Below, piece by piece: positions 63,237 to 64,000 of a DNA stretch of 64,000 nucleotides. Within the stretch, counting starts at the first letter, position 1. Each line of letters starts with the position of its first letter. The stretch comes from a virus. Lineage: Duplodnaviria; Caudoviricetes. The stretch lies in IMG/VR virus record IMGVR_UViG_3300045391_004370, positions 5,461 through 69,460 of that record. The stretch is one strand, 5' to 3'. The notes beneath the pieces are model-generated. The model searched no databases. It saw only the letters and a list, made by a program, of their open reading frames with translations, and was not told the origin of the DNA. The position numbers and the translations under genes are program-made.

Positions 63237-64000
63237 GTGCAGTGGAATGATCCTTTCGAGTTGGACCCTTATCAATGGGAAGGCGTAGAGTTCATACGCA
63301 AGAACAAGAGAGCGTTCATTCCACTGCCTGTGGGCGCTGGAAAGACGTGCATACCGTTGAAGGCATCCCAGGAAATGGATGTCAAGACTATCACCGTTTT
63401 GTGCATGGGGAATTCTTTGCATACCTGGAAGAAGGAAATGCAGAAGTTCCGCCCAGATCTTGCAGACCGCATGATCATCATCGAGCATATGTCGGCCTCA
63501 GAGCGTTACAAGGTCTGGAACGACCCATATTGGAAGGTCATTATTGCGAAGGTTGCGACCTTCAGGCTTGACTACGATCACATTCATACCGGCCCAACTA
63601 TGTTGATAGGTGACGAATGTCAAAAGTATCTGCGCAATCGGAAATCGCCCACGTCGAAGTGCATCATCGAGTATTGCCAGCATATACCGAACGTTGTGTT
63701 CACAACTGGCACAGGTGTGTCTCGTGGGCGGCAAGACTTCTATCCCGCGTTACAAGCTTTACGCCTGAAGAGGTTCAAGAGCTACTGGCGATTCGTGAAT
63801 ACCTTTACCTTCGTCACCAGGACCCCTTTTGGCTTTGACATCGGTGGTGCACGCAACACCCAGCAGTTCCGTAATGAGACTGCGGACACCATCCTGCGCC
63901 TCTCGCAGCCCATCACAGGATTACCGGAGATCATCCGTCAGCCGTTCCCTGTCGAGATGACTCCTGTACAGGCTAAGATGTACAGGGGCATGGCTGACGA
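63237..64000 (+). CDS. SNF2/SF2-type helicase, N-terminal part (3' truncated; not in ORF track)
   Basis: GTG start after AGGGGG. LDPYQWEGV (Q motif), PVGAGKT (Walker A), LIGDECQ (Walker B), LRNRKS, FTTGT. Open to the window end. Confidence 0.85.
   Translation, partial: MQWNDPFELDPYQWEGVEFIRKNKRAFIPLPVGAGKTCIPLKASQEMDVKTITVLCMGNSLHTWKKEMQKFRPDLADRMIIIEHMSASERYKVWNDPYWKVIIAKVATFRLDYDHIHTGPTMLIGDECQKYLRNRKSPTSKCIIEYCQHIPNVVFTTGTGVSRGRQDFYPALQALRLKRFKSYWRFVNTFTFVTRTPFGFDIGGARNTQQFRNETADTILRLSQPITGLPEIIRQPFPVEMTPVQAKMYRGMAD

Noticed and set aside
63272-63838. Short ORFs 63272-63481, 63275-63571, 63498-63734 and 63617-63838
   Set aside because: All overlap the helicase frame that starts at 63237.
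1-64000. tRNA genes, integrase or repressor, group I/II introns, diversity-generating retroelement
   Set aside because: No cloverleaf, recombinase motifs, interrupted genes, reverse transcriptase or TR/VR pair were recognised by eye. tRNAscan-SE, Infernal and self-BLAST would be needed to exclude them.

Overview
This window is 64 kb of a tailed dsDNA phage genome (siphovirus-type), probably infecting an Alphaproteobacterium, inferred from a GTA-like tail module. No integrase, tRNA or CRISPR array was seen. Layout: (1) 1-9.5 kb, + strand: end of a 7-deazaguanine cluster (queE, folE, TGT/DpdA-like gene), a family-A DNA polymerase with an N-terminal UDG-family-4 domain, class II RNR, a P-loop kinase and thyX. 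(2) 9.5-40.3 kb, - strand: terminase, portal, head, neck, tail and lysis genes. A ~5.3 kb block with its own promoter sits between portal and prohead protease and encodes a SAM methyltransferase, a Maf/DUF115-type transferase and a LamG protein with ~22 tandem 20-22 aa repeats. The same repeat recurs in a tail-end protein and at the N-terminus of the transferase. (3) 40.3-42.1 kb: divergent, partly AT-rich region with an origin-like array of AACTAAA repeats. (4) 42.1-64 kb, + strand: small early/middle genes including four paralogous HTH proteins (the first at 40.6 kb), a repeated non-canonical promoter motif, dCTP deaminase, primase-helicase, RuvC, HNH, DNA ligase, an Acb2/Tad1-like protein, a beta-helix protein and a truncated SNF2-type helicase. 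All calls come from motif recognition by eye; no database searches were run.
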